Source of the DNA: Pseudomonadota bacterium
GTDB taxonomy: Bacteria > Pseudomonadota > Gammaproteobacteria > CALCKW01
Assembly: GCA_039196715.1 (NCBI GenBank)
Contig: JBCCUP010000008.1
Location: 5,488-69,487 of the forward strand
DNA: 64,000 bases
Direction of reading: 5' to 3'
The notes below the pieces were generated by a model. The model did not search any database and was not told the origin of the DNA. It saw only the letters and a program-made list of their open reading frames with translations. A program made the translations under genes and the position numbers. Numbering within the stretch: the stretch's first letter is position 1; each line of letters begins with the position of its first letter. Positions 28,036 to 37,543 of the stretch are shown in pieces.

Positions 28036-28634
28036 AATTCAACCCCGGCCTGCGCCTTGACCCCTTGTTCCTTGTAAGGGTGCTTGACCGCCCGGATTTC
28101 GTTGACCATGTCGGCGGCCTCGACCAGCCGGTCGGGCGCGTTGCGTCCGGTGATGACCACGTGCTGCATGGCCGGGCGGGCGGCGAGCGCCGCGAGCACA
28201 GCGTCGAGGTCAACGTACTCGTACTTCAGCGCCCAGTTCAGTTCGTCGAGCACCACGAGGCCGATCGCGTCATCGCCGAGCAGGCGCTCGGCCACCGACC
28301 AGGCGTGGGCTGCCGACGCCATGTCCTTGTCGCGGTCCTGGGTCTTCCAGGTAAACCCGTCGCCGAGGGTGTGGAACTCGACCTGCTCGTAGGCGTCGAG
28401 CAGGTCGCGTTCGGCTGTCGCCATGGCGCCCTTGATGAACTGCACCACGCCCACACCCATGCCGTGGCCGATGGCACGCAGCGCCATACCGAAGGCCGCG
28501 GTCGACTTGCCCTTGCCCGTGCCGGTGTTGACTATCACCAGGCCCTTCTCGGTGGTGGCCTTGGCCTGCTTCTTTTCGTACCCCGCGTTGCGTTTCTCTG
28601 CAAAGCGCTGGTGTTTTGCCTGGTCGTCGTCCAC
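28035..28634 (-). CDS. cobO: cob(I)yrinic acid a,c-diamide adenosyltransferase (corrinoid adenosyltransferase, CobO/BtuR type)
   Basis: Collinear with Pseudomonas CobO: GLVIVNTGTGKGKSTAAFGMALRAIGHGMGVGVVQFIKG...VVLDELNWALKYEY...VVITGRNA...IRAVKHPYKEQGVKAQAGVEF. A GTG start follows a GAGGGGG RBS. Confidence 0.9.
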
Positions 28635-28740
28635 GGGTTCCCCCTCACTCGGTGTTGGCTGTGCGTGCGGCCTGACTATACCGCAGCGATTCTCTGCACA
28701 CGCGCATGGAGTGGCGCACGGCATTGCTGCAAAATACCGC

Positions 28741-30184
28741 AATGCCCTACCTGCCCCTCTTCCTCGACAGCACCGACCGCAACGCCCTGCTGGTGGGCGG
28801 TGGTGTGGTCGCAACCCGCAAGGCCGAGCTGCTGCTGCGCGCGGGCATGCGGCTGTCCGTGATCGCGCCAACCATCCAGGCGGCGCTGGAAGCGAATCCG
28901 AACGTCTGCTGCCAGCACCGCCGCTTCGCACCGGATGACCTCGACGGTGCCGACCTCGTGTTCGCCGCGACCGACGACCCGGCGCTCAACCGCGAGATCG
29001 TCGCGCTGTGCCAGGTGCGCGGCGTGTTGTGCAACGCCGCGACCGACAGCCAGGGCGGCGATTTCATCCTGCCCTCGGTCATCGACCGCGACCCGATCCA
29101 GGTCGCCATCTCCACGAGCGGGGCCTCGCCGCTGCTCGCCCGGCTGATCCGCAGCCGCCTCGAGACCCTGTTGCCGATGAGCTACGCGCGCCTCGCGGCG
29201 CTGCTCGAACGGTTCCGCGGCCAGGTCAAGCGGCGTGTGCCGGCGAAGCAACGCCGCCGCTTCTGGCAGGAGATCCTCGAGGGACCGGTCGCCGATCTGG
29301 TGCACAGCGGCCACGACGACGAAGCCGAGACCGTGTTGGGTCGACTGCTCGACAACCCCGAGGAGGTCGACTCCGACGGTGAGGTGTACATCGTCGGCGC
29401 CGGCCCGGGCGACCCCGACCTCCTGACTGTGCGCGCGCTGCGCCTGTTGCAGCAGGCGGATGTTGTCGTCTGGGACCGTCTGGTCTCGCCGCCGATTCGC
29501 GCGCTCATTCCGACCTCCGCTGAGGCCATCTACGCCGGCAAACGCCGCAGCGAGCACCAGATCCCGCAGGACGACCTCAACCTGCTGCTGGTCGAACTCG
29601 CACGCTCAGGCAAGCGGGTGTGCCGACTGAAGGGCGGCGACCCCTTCGTGTTCGGCCGCGGCGGCGAAGAAATCGAGACCCTGGTGGCGCACGGGGTGCG
29701 CTTTCAGGTGGTGCCCGGCATCACCGCCGCCAACGGCTGCGCCGCCTACGCCGGCATCCCGCTGACCCACCGCGACCATGCGCAGAGCGTGAGCTTTCAC
29801 ACCGGCAACCTGAAGGCCGGTGAACTCGTGCTCGACTGGTCACGCATGAGCGACCCGCAACAGACCCTGGTGTTCTACATGGGCACCGCGAGTCTGCCGA
29901 TCATCCAGCGCGAACTCGTGGCCCACGGCCGGTCGGCAGACACCCCCGCCGCGCTGATACAGCAGGGCACCACACCCCACCAGCGGGTCGCGGTCGGCAC
30001 GCTCGACAGCCTCCACCAGGTCGCAACCGACGCAGGCTTCGAACCGCCGTGTCTGATCGTGGTTGGCGACGTGGTCAAGCTCTACGCCACGCTGCGCTGG
30101 TACCGCACCGGCGCCGACGCCGTGGACGCGAGCACCGGTTGGTTCGACACCGCGGCAACCTCGGCGGCACGGCACGCCGACTAG
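28741..30184 (+). CDS. cysG: siroheme synthase (CysG): uroporphyrinogen-III C-methyltransferase / precorrin-2 dehydrogenase / sirohydrochlorin ferrochelatase
   Basis: N-terminus YLPLFLDSTDRNALLVGGGVVATRKAELL (NAD-binding dehydrogenase/chelatase domain). The C-terminal SUMT domain reads VGAGPGDPDLLTVRALRLLQQADVVVWDRLVS and GGDPFVFGRGGEE. The start is taken as ATG 28741; the ORF-track start at 28706 is an alternative. Confidence 0.88.
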
Positions 30185-30337
30185 AGTGCGAGCCCCGCTC
30201 ATCGGCAACCGACCAGCCGGGCCAAGCCGTGTCGCAGATGGGTGCGTTTTGGCGTTTTTTTGCGCTACCGATCGCAAAACGGCCCGGCTAGACTCGGTCA
30301 GACTGCCGCGAGCGGCGCCCGCCCTGTGAGAGACGCG

Positions 30338-31684
30338 ATGTTCGACGAACCTTACCGCGCACAGCGCAAGATCGACCCGAGCCAAGGCAGTCACCTCGCC
30401 GACGGCTCACCCAACAACGACGACCGCATCGAGATCGGCCCGACCCAACTCGCCTTCCGCGAGTGGGCGGCAGCGGGGCTGACGTTGCCCAACCTGCCGG
30501 CCATGCGCGAGTACCGCTGGCGGCGGCTCGTCGACCACATCGTCGCACGCGACTGCGGGGGCCTGTTGCTGTTCGATCCGCTCAACATCCGCTACGCGAC
30601 CGACAGCACCAACATGCAGCTCTGGAACACGCACAACCCGTTCCGAGCAGTGCTGGTGTGCGCCGATGGCTACATGGTGATCTGGGACTACAAGAACTCG
30701 CCTTTTCTCTCGACCTTCAACCCGCTGGTGCGCGAGCAGCGCGCCGGTGCCGACCTCTTCTACTTCGACCGCGGCGATGCGATCGGCACGGCGGCCGACA
30801 CCTTCTCGAACGAAGTCCGCGTGTTGATCGAGCAACACGGCGGCAACAACACCCGCCTCGCGGTCGACAAGGTCATGCTGCACGGCTTGCGCGCGCTCGA
30901 GGCTCAGGGCTTCGAGGTGCAGCCGGGTGAGGAGCTGACCGAGAAGGCGCGCTCGATCAAAGGACCGGACGAAATCCTCGCCATGCGCTGCGCGTCGCAC
31001 GCCTGTGAACGCGCCGTCGCCGAGATGGAGCGCTTCGCACGCGAGAAGATTCCGGTTCAGGACGTGTCCGAGGACGACGTCTGGGCCGTCTTGCACAGCG
31101 AAAACATCCGCCGTGGCGGCGAGTGGATCGAGACGCGGCTGCTCGCGTCCGGACCCCGCACCAACCCGTGGTTCCAGGAGTGCGGCCAGCGTACCGTGCA
31201 GAACAACGAAATCATCAGCTTCGACACCGACCTCGTCGGCAGCTACGGCATCTGTGTCGACATGAGTCGCAGCTGGTGGATCGGCGATCAGGCGCCGCCC
31301 GCCAAGATGGTCGACGCCATGCAGCACGCGCACGAACACATCATGCACAACATGGCGATGCTCAAACCCGGCGTGAACATTCAGGACCTCTCACGCAACA
31401 CCCACGTGCTCCGGCCCGAATTCCAGAAACTCAAGTACGGCTGCCTGATGCACGGCGTCGGCTTGTGCGACGAGTGGCCGCTGGTCGCCTACCCCGACCA
31501 GATGGTCGAGGGCGCGTTCGACTACGAGTTGCAGCCCGGCATGGTGCTGTGCGTCGAGGCGCTGGTCAGCCCCGAGGGCGGCAGCTTCTCGATCAAGCTC
31601 GAAGACCAGGTGCTCGTGACCGAGGACGGCCACGAGAACCTGACGGCCTACCCGTTCGACGAGTGGCTGATGGGGCAACGCTGA
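30338..31684 (+). CDS. M24-family metallopeptidase-fold protein (creatinase/prolidase N-domain plus pita-bread domain), DddP-like
   Basis: 448 aa. The sequence FDPLNIRYATDSTNMQLWNTHNPFR...ISFDTDLVGSYGICVDMSRSWWIG...HGVGLCDEWP...LCVEALVS conserves the M24 metal ligands (D, D, H, E, E). The DddP (DMSP lyase) assignment is tentative. Confidence 0.6.
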   Translation: MFDEPYRAQRKIDPSQGSHLADGSPNNDDRIEIGPTQLAFREWAAAGLTLPNLPAMREYRWRRLVDHIVARDCGGLLLFDPLNIRYATDSTNMQLWNTHNPFRAVLVCADGYMVIWDYKNSPFLSTFNPLVREQRAGADLFYFDRGDAIGTAADTFSNEVRVLIEQHGGNNTRLAVDKVMLHGLRALEAQGFEVQPGEELTEKARSIKGPDEILAMRCASHACERAVAEMERFAREKIPVQDVSEDDVWAVLHSENIRRGGEWIETRLLASGPRTNPWFQECGQRTVQNNEIISFDTDLVGSYGICVDMSRSWWIGDQAPPAKMVDAMQHAHEHIMHNMAMLKPGVNIQDLSRNTHVLRPEFQKLKYGCLMHGVGLCDEWPLVAYPDQMVEGAFDYELQPGMVLCVEALVSPEGGSFSIKLEDQVLVTEDGHENLTAYPFDEWLMGQR

Positions 31685-31776
31685 CCCGCACGCCGCCCGA
31701 TCTCGCACAGCTGCCCTGCCGCGGTAGTGCGCGGTTCAACGCACCTGCACAGCCACGCCGCGGAGGGTCACTGACG

Positions 31777-33365
31777 TCAGTCGAGCGAACGGGGCGCGGT
31801 GAAATCGAAGCGCGCGTTCGGCGGCAAGGTCGAGGCGAACGCGACGAGCTGATGCCTCACGCGCTCAACAGACCCCGACGAGGTCGCAAAGAACGACACC
31901 CTGTCACGATCCGGGGTCAACACCGGCCCGTCGAGCCGCAGTTCGCCGAGCTTGACCCAGTCCGCAGGAACCACCTGGAACCACCTGGAACCACGCCTCG
32001 TAGACCATGACAAGTGGGATGCCGCGCTCGCGCACCAGGTCACCCATCCACGCGCCACCCGAAATGCCGCCTGAGGCACGTTCGGCCGCACGGCGTGCCA
32101 GCCGTGCCTCGCGCGACGACAGCCCCCACAAATCGAGCACGTAGTGTTCGTTCTCGAAAGCGACATAGCCGAGGTCATTGACCGCCACACGATCACGCAC
32201 GTACGCCGTCGCGACGCGGTGCATCTGGTACTGCTGGCTGTAGATGTTGTTGGACGCGGTGGGAATCTGCCCAAGCACCACGAGGTAGGGAAACCCCAAG
32301 GCAAGGCCGGCAACCGAAACCAGACCCGCGACACCGACTGCGGACAGCCAACCTGCCTCGGGGCGCCGGCGAATCGGTCCGCCGTAGAGATAGAGCGCGA
32401 CCAGCATACCGAGCGCGACCGCGTACAGCTCATAGCGGTGGTACCCGATCGTCTTGCCGAGGGCGATGTGTGCGGCAAGTGCGCCCGCGCCACACACCGC
32501 GATCAGCCGTTTTTCCGTGCGCGCACCGAAAAGCGCGTAAGCCGTCAACACCAACGCGAGCGAGACCAACGCCAGGCCCTGACGGACCGAAAGGGCCTCC
32601 AGAATGTTGCGAAGCGTGGCGGTTCCCGTCGACTCGAGCACGCGCGCTTTCGCGAGAATGGAACTTGGCAGGTAGTCGAGTCCAATCCCGATCAGAAACG
32701 CCGAGTACGCCAGCAACAGGGCAGCCACCAGCACGCCCACCAGGACCGATTTGAGGTGGTGCCCCCGCACGAACAGCACCCCCAACGCCAGCCCCGTGAG
32801 CGCCAGCATCTCGTAACGCACCAGGGGCGCGGTCACCAGCCACCCGCTGATGCGGCGATCCCGTGCCTCGACCATGAGCCCGGCAGCAATACCCACCGCA
32901 CACAGCACACAGCACCTGCAGCGAATGCTCCATGCCGTTGTAAATCAACCCGACCGCGTTTGACGCGTGTGTGAGCACCGCCACCGTCACCGCGATGAAG
33001 CCGGCCTTGCGTACGCACGTCGCGCCTCCGATGCTGATCGCGACGGCCTGCACAGCCACGTATACCGTTGCCAAGGTGGCCAGCGTGCACAACACCAGGG
33101 GCGCGAGAACGTGTGCGCCAAGCAGCGCCAACAGCACCGGCCAGATGATGCTCGATGAGGGCGCGGAGACCTCCTCCCGGTTCAGACCGTGGTGCCCCCG
33201 CAGGAGGTTCTCGGCTTGTGCGAGGTGGATGTAGGGGTCGTCGATCAGGTAGACGAAGTGGCCGTCGTTCACTGCCATGATCCGAACCCACTCGAACGCC
33301 ACCAGCGCCAGCGTGAACCCGGAGACCACCACGACCGCTGCCCAAACGTTGAACCGGTGTGTCAC
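31777..33365 (-). pseudogene. polytopic membrane protein gene (ancestrally about 524 codons) disrupted by two short tandem duplications: 7-bp ACACAGC x2 at 32900-32913 and 10-bp GGAACCACCT x2 (+ partial third) at 31967-31996
   Basis: Three ORF-track pieces (32430..33488, 31904..32908, 31777..32493) are collinear. Deleting one copy of each repeat in silico restores a single frame (...HSLQVLCAV|GIAAGLMVE... and ...AWFQVVP|ADWVKLGEL...). Confidence 0.7.
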
Positions 33366-33536
33366 GACGGCGGTTTCCGCGCGCGGTTGTCTGGCGCTGC
33401 GGTCCGGCGCTCGTTTCCGCGCTTGAACTGGCCGGTGGCGCACGCCAGCGCGCGTTGCTGCGTGGCGCTGTCGCCGCGCAGCTGCCAACTGTCGGGCTGG
33501 TCACCGAGCCCGCCGCGAACCCCGGCGCGACCGGTC

Positions 33537-35423
33537 TCAAGCATAAAAGAGATTCATCACCGTCAGGGACACCACCAGGAACAGCACGGTCATGATCCCG
33601 CCGCACCGCACGAAGTCGATCACGCGGTAGCCACCCGGGCCCATCAAGAGGGCGTTGACCTGGTGGGTCGGGATGATGAAGGAGTTGGAGGTGGAGATCG
33701 CGACTGTCAGGGCAAAGAGGGCCGGGTCACCGCCCGCGGTGATCGCGATGGAGACGGCGAGCGGCACCAGCAACACCGTCGCGCCGACGTTCGACATGAC
33801 CAACGTGAACGCCGTTGCCAGCACCGCCACGCCGGCCTGCAGCGACCACATCGGCCAGCCGTCGAGCGCGCTCAGCACCTGCTGCGCAATCCAGGTCGCG
33901 GTGCCGGTCTCCTGCACCGCCTGCCCGAGCGGGATCAGACTCGCGAGCAGAAACACGGTATTCCAGCTGACCGCCGCGTAGGCTTCGTCGACGGTCAGCA
34001 CGCGCGACACGATCATGCCGGTGGCGCCGATCAGCAGCGCGAGCGACAGGCGCACGTCGCTGAACAGAATCAGGCCGAGCGCGATCAGGAAAAACAGCAA
34101 TGCCCAACCAACCTTTTTCGGGCGCAACTCCTCCTGCGGAAAATCACTGGTGACAATCACGTAGTTGTTGTCGGCCTTGAGCTGGGTGAGCCGCTCCCAC
34201 TGGGTGTGTACCACCAGTGTGTCGCCCGACTGCAGCGGCATCACGCTGATGTCAGTCGCCTCATGGTCTTCCGTCTCGACGTGGCTGTAGGTGTTTTCGC
34301 CGCGGTGCACCGCGAGCAGGCTGAGGCCCCGTGACCGGCGCAGCTTGAGATCGCGTGCGGTCTTGGCGATCGCCTGCGAGTCCGGCGGCACGACGATCTC
34401 GGCGACACCGGCACGCGTCGGCACGAATTCCTCGGCGAAGATCTCGAGGCGCGGCAGGATGGTCAGCTCGCAGCGCTCGGCCATGCGCTCGACCACCTGG
34501 CGCTGGCCGAGCACCGCAAGCCGGCACGGCGCGGTGATCTCGACGTCGACCGGCGGGCCGACCCACCGTCTGCCTTTGTGGTAGGTGCCGATGATGTACA
34601 GCCGGTTTTCGAGCATCACATCGCCGATCAGGCGGTTCTGCAGCGAGCAGCCGGCGGGCACGTCGAGCTCGAAGATGTCGGCTTGCAGACCGTACAGGCG
34701 TTTGAGGTACTGCTTCATCGACTGACCGGCGGCACCGTCGGTCTTGTCTGCCGTCTTCGGCAACACCCAGCGACCGAACACCACGAAATACAGGATGCCG
34801 CTGGTCAGCAGTGCCAAGCCGATCGGGGTCACCGAAAACAGGCTGAACTCGCTCATCTGGGCGTCCGCTGGCAACGCCGCGTTGGCACCCGCGATGAGGT
34901 CGTTCAGCAGGATCAGCGGTGAGGAGCCGACCATGGTCAGCGTACCGCCGAGGATCGCGCAAAAACCCATCGGCATCAGCAGCCGGCCGAGCGGGATGCG
35001 CGTACGCGCCGAGATCCGCGAGACGACCGGCAGGAACAAGGCGGCGGCCCCGACGTTCTGCATGAAGCTCGAGATGACGCCGACCGTGCCGGACACGATC
35101 GGCACGATGCGTTGCTCCGTACCGCCGCCATGCCGCAGGATGAGCGCGGCGACCCGCGACATGACACCGGTCTTGTCGAGTCCGGCGCCGATGATCATGA
35201 CTGCGATGATCGACATTACCGCGTTGGACGAGAACCCGGCAAAGAGCTCGCGCACATCGACCAGCCCCTCGAGCATCGGCATGTAGCTGAGCGCCCCGAG
35301 CACCACCATGATCAGCAGCGCCGCGAGGTCCACGCGCAACAGCTCGAACGCGAACAGCACCACCGTCAAGCCCAGCAGGCTCAGGACAGCGATCATCTGG
35401 ACGGTCAGCGTGACGGGTTCCAA
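33537..35423 (-). CDS. SLC13/DASS-family anion permease with two central TrkA-C regulatory domains
   Basis: 628 aa: N- and C-terminal transporter repeats flank two TrkA-C-like cytoplasmic domains. A TTG start follows a GAGGAG RBS, 30 bp downstream of the cobD stop. Confidence 0.8.
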   Translation of the reverse strand: MEPVTLTVQMIAVLSLLGLTVVLFAFELLRVDLAALLIMVVLGALSYMPMLEGLVDVRELFAGFSSNAVMSIIAVMIIGAGLDKTGVMSRVAALILRHGGGTEQRIVPIVSGTVGVISSFMQNVGAAALFLPVVSRISARTRIPLGRLLMPMGFCAILGGTLTMVGSSPLILLNDLIAGANAALPADAQMSEFSLFSVTPIGLALLTSGILYFVVFGRWVLPKTADKTDGAAGQSMKQYLKRLYGLQADIFELDVPAGCSLQNRLIGDVMLENRLYIIGTYHKGRRWVGPPVDVEITAPCRLAVLGQRQVVERMAERCELTILPRLEIFAEEFVPTRAGVAEIVVPPDSQAIAKTARDLKLRRSRGLSLLAVHRGENTYSHVETEDHEATDISVMPLQSGDTLVVHTQWERLTQLKADNNYVIVTSDFPQEELRPKKVGWALLFFLIALGLILFSDVRLSLALLIGATGMIVSRVLTVDEAYAAVSWNTVFLLASLIPLGQAVQETGTATWIAQQVLSALDGWPMWSLQAGVAVLATAFTLVMSNVGATVLLVPLAVSIAITAGGDPALFALTVAISTSNSFIIPTHQVNALLMGPGGYRVIDFVRCGGIMTVLFLVVSLTVMNLFYA

Positions 35424-35453
35424 GCTCGACAGCTCCTCGGGTCAACTGGTCAA

Positions 35454-36531
35454 TTATAGGTCAGCAGACGCATTTGCGCCGAGCGCATCCCAGGCTTGTA
35501 AAAACAGGGCATCGGCGCCGGCCCCCTTGCTGCAGACCCGGATGTGGCCTGGCAGGCCGAACGAGGCAGCACTGCGCACCTGGACGCGGCACTGCTGCAG
35601 CATGCGAAGCCGGTAGGCGCTCGCCCCAGGGCAACGCACCAGGGCGAAGTGGCAGTCGCTCGGCACCACCTCGGCACGGCGTGCCCGCAACGCCGTCCAG
35701 AGCTGTTCGGCGCTCTGCCGCACCGCACGGATGGCAGCGTCCGTCGCCACCACCACCTCGGGATCGAGCGCGGCGATGCCGGCAGCCATGGCCGGGGCCG
35801 ACACCGACCAGGGCGGCAGCACACGGTGCACCGCCTGGGCATCGTCAAGCTGCGCGACGGCGTAACCGAGTCGCAAGCCTGCGAGCGCGTAGTCCTTGGT
35901 GAGCGAGTAGAGGTTGATCGCGGCAGGGACCTCGTCAAAGCGCGATGTGGGGTCGGCGAAGGTTGCGTACGCGTGGTCGACGACCAGGCGACCGCCCGTT
36001 TCGGCGCAGACCGCCGCGAGCCGCGCCAGCTGCGCGCGCGGCCAGAGCCGGCCTGTGGGGTTGTTCGGCTGGCACACGAACACCAGCGCCGGGCGCTCCC
36101 GCTCGACGTTGGCAAAAACCTCGGTCAGATCCGGCTCCGCGCCGAGCGGGACCGACACTTCGAGTGGGCGGCGGCGCAGGGCCTGCGCGGCGTCGAGGTA
36201 CTCGCCAAAACTCGGCTGCACGGCAAGGACGGTATCGCCTTCGCGGGTGACGGCCTGCACGGCAGCAAAGATGAGCTGTGCCGCACCCGCGCCGGCGACC
36301 ACCTGCGCCGCTGGCACACCGTGGCAGGCGGCCAGCCGCGCACGCAAGGGCGCCGCGTCAGGCGAGGGGTAGGTCTCGATGGCCGCACGCTCGGCGGCGC
36401 GACGCACGCGCGCATGGGCGCGACCGGGGAGGCAGTTGCTGCTCATGTCCAGCACGCGTTCCGCATCGACACCGAGCGCCTCGAGCTCGGTCGTGTTCAG
36501 CGCGCCGTGCCGCTCACTCACGTCAGTGACC
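35454..36531 (-). CDS. cobD: L-threonine-O-3-phosphate decarboxylase (CobD of Salmonella / CobC of Pseudomonas); class II aminotransferase fold
   Basis: Histidinol-phosphate-aminotransferase-like PLP enzyme, with NPTG and the PLP-lysine region YSLTKDYALAGLRLGY. It overlaps the cbiB stop by 14 bp. A GTG start is inferred. Confidence 0.75.
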
Positions 36532-37435
36532 CGAGTGCGGCACAGGCGAGGCAGACGAGCCAGAAGCCGACACCGCGCGTGACCAGGTCGCAAGCCCGGC
36601 CGATGTCGCGCGCGGTCGGATCGCGCCCGTCACCGAGGCGCGGCCGGCTTTTGAGCTCACCGCCGTATTCGGCGTCTCCACCGAGGGCGAGACCAAGTGC
36701 ACCGGCCCCGCTCGCCATGACCGCACCGGCGTTGCCGCTGTACCAGCGGTGTGAACGCCACGCACGCCAGGCCGATCGGCTCGAGCCGAGGACCGTGTAG
36801 GTCATCGCCGTCAGCCGCGCGGGCACCCAGTTGAGCACATCGTCTAACCGGGCCGCCGCCCAGCCGAAGTGTGCGTAACGGGCATTGCGGTACCCCCACA
36901 TGGCGTCCAGGGTGTTGCTGGCCCGGTAGACCACGGCACCGATCGGGCCGAACACCGCCGCCCAGAACAGCGCGGCAAACACCGCGTCGGCCCCGTTCTC
37001 GAGCACTGATTCAACGGTGGCCCGGCTCACGGCCGTGGCATCGAGCTCGCGCGTGTCGCGCGACACGATGTGCGACAGCGCACCGCGGGCCGCGTTGAGG
37101 TCGCCCTCTTCAAGCGGCTGTGACACGGCTGTCGCGTGCTCAACCAGACTCCTGCCGCCGAGGGCGAGCGCCAGCACCAGCACCCCGAGCAGGAGGTCGG
37201 GCAGCACGAGATCGAGCAGCAACACCGGACAGATCGCCACCAGCAGCACGGCCAACACCGCCACGACCCCGGCCCGCCGCTGGGACGTCGCCGATTCGGC
37301 GCCGTCGCACAAGCGCTCCTCCACCCGCGTCGCCAGGTTGCCGAGCCAGACCAGCGGGTGCCAGCGCAGAGGTGGCTCTCCGAACAGGCGATCGGCCACC
37401 ACGGCGAAAAGAGCAACGGCGAAGACGGTGACCAC
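36518..37435 (-). CDS. cbiB: adenosylcobinamide-phosphate synthase (CbiB; CobD in the Pseudomonas nomenclature)
   Basis: Membrane protein with the N-terminus AVVADRLFGEPPLRWHPLVWLG typical of CbiB. Only the C-terminal ~306 aa of the 531-aa ORF-track frame are homologous, so the upstream extension was rejected. Confidence 0.8.
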   Translation of the reverse strand: MVTVFAVALFAVVADRLFGEPPLRWHPLVWLGNLATRVEERLCDGAESATSQRRAGVVAVLAVLLVAICPVLLLDLVLPDLLLGVLVLALALGGRSLVEHATAVSQPLEEGDLNAARGALSHIVSRDTRELDATAVSRATVESVLENGADAVFAALFWAAVFGPIGAVVYRASNTLDAMWGYRNARYAHFGWAAARLDDVLNWVPARLTAMTYTVLGSSRSAWRAWRSHRWYSGNAGAVMASGAGALGLALGGDAEYGGELKSRPRLGDGRDPTARDIGRACDLVTRGVGFWLVCLACAALGSLT

Positions 37436-37543
37436 GTCGCGTGAACCATCCCAAAACACGCAGTATACCGATCGACCTTTCACGGGCGGGTGTGCGTTGC
37501 GTCGGTTTCTGCCCCGCCTGCGTCCAGCCGATACAATACCGCA

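Noticed and set aside
37436-37543. Possible second cobalamin riboswitch in the cbiB/cobB divergent intergenic region
   Set aside because: The region is only about 108 bp and lacks the B12 box, GGGAA or GCCACTG elements.
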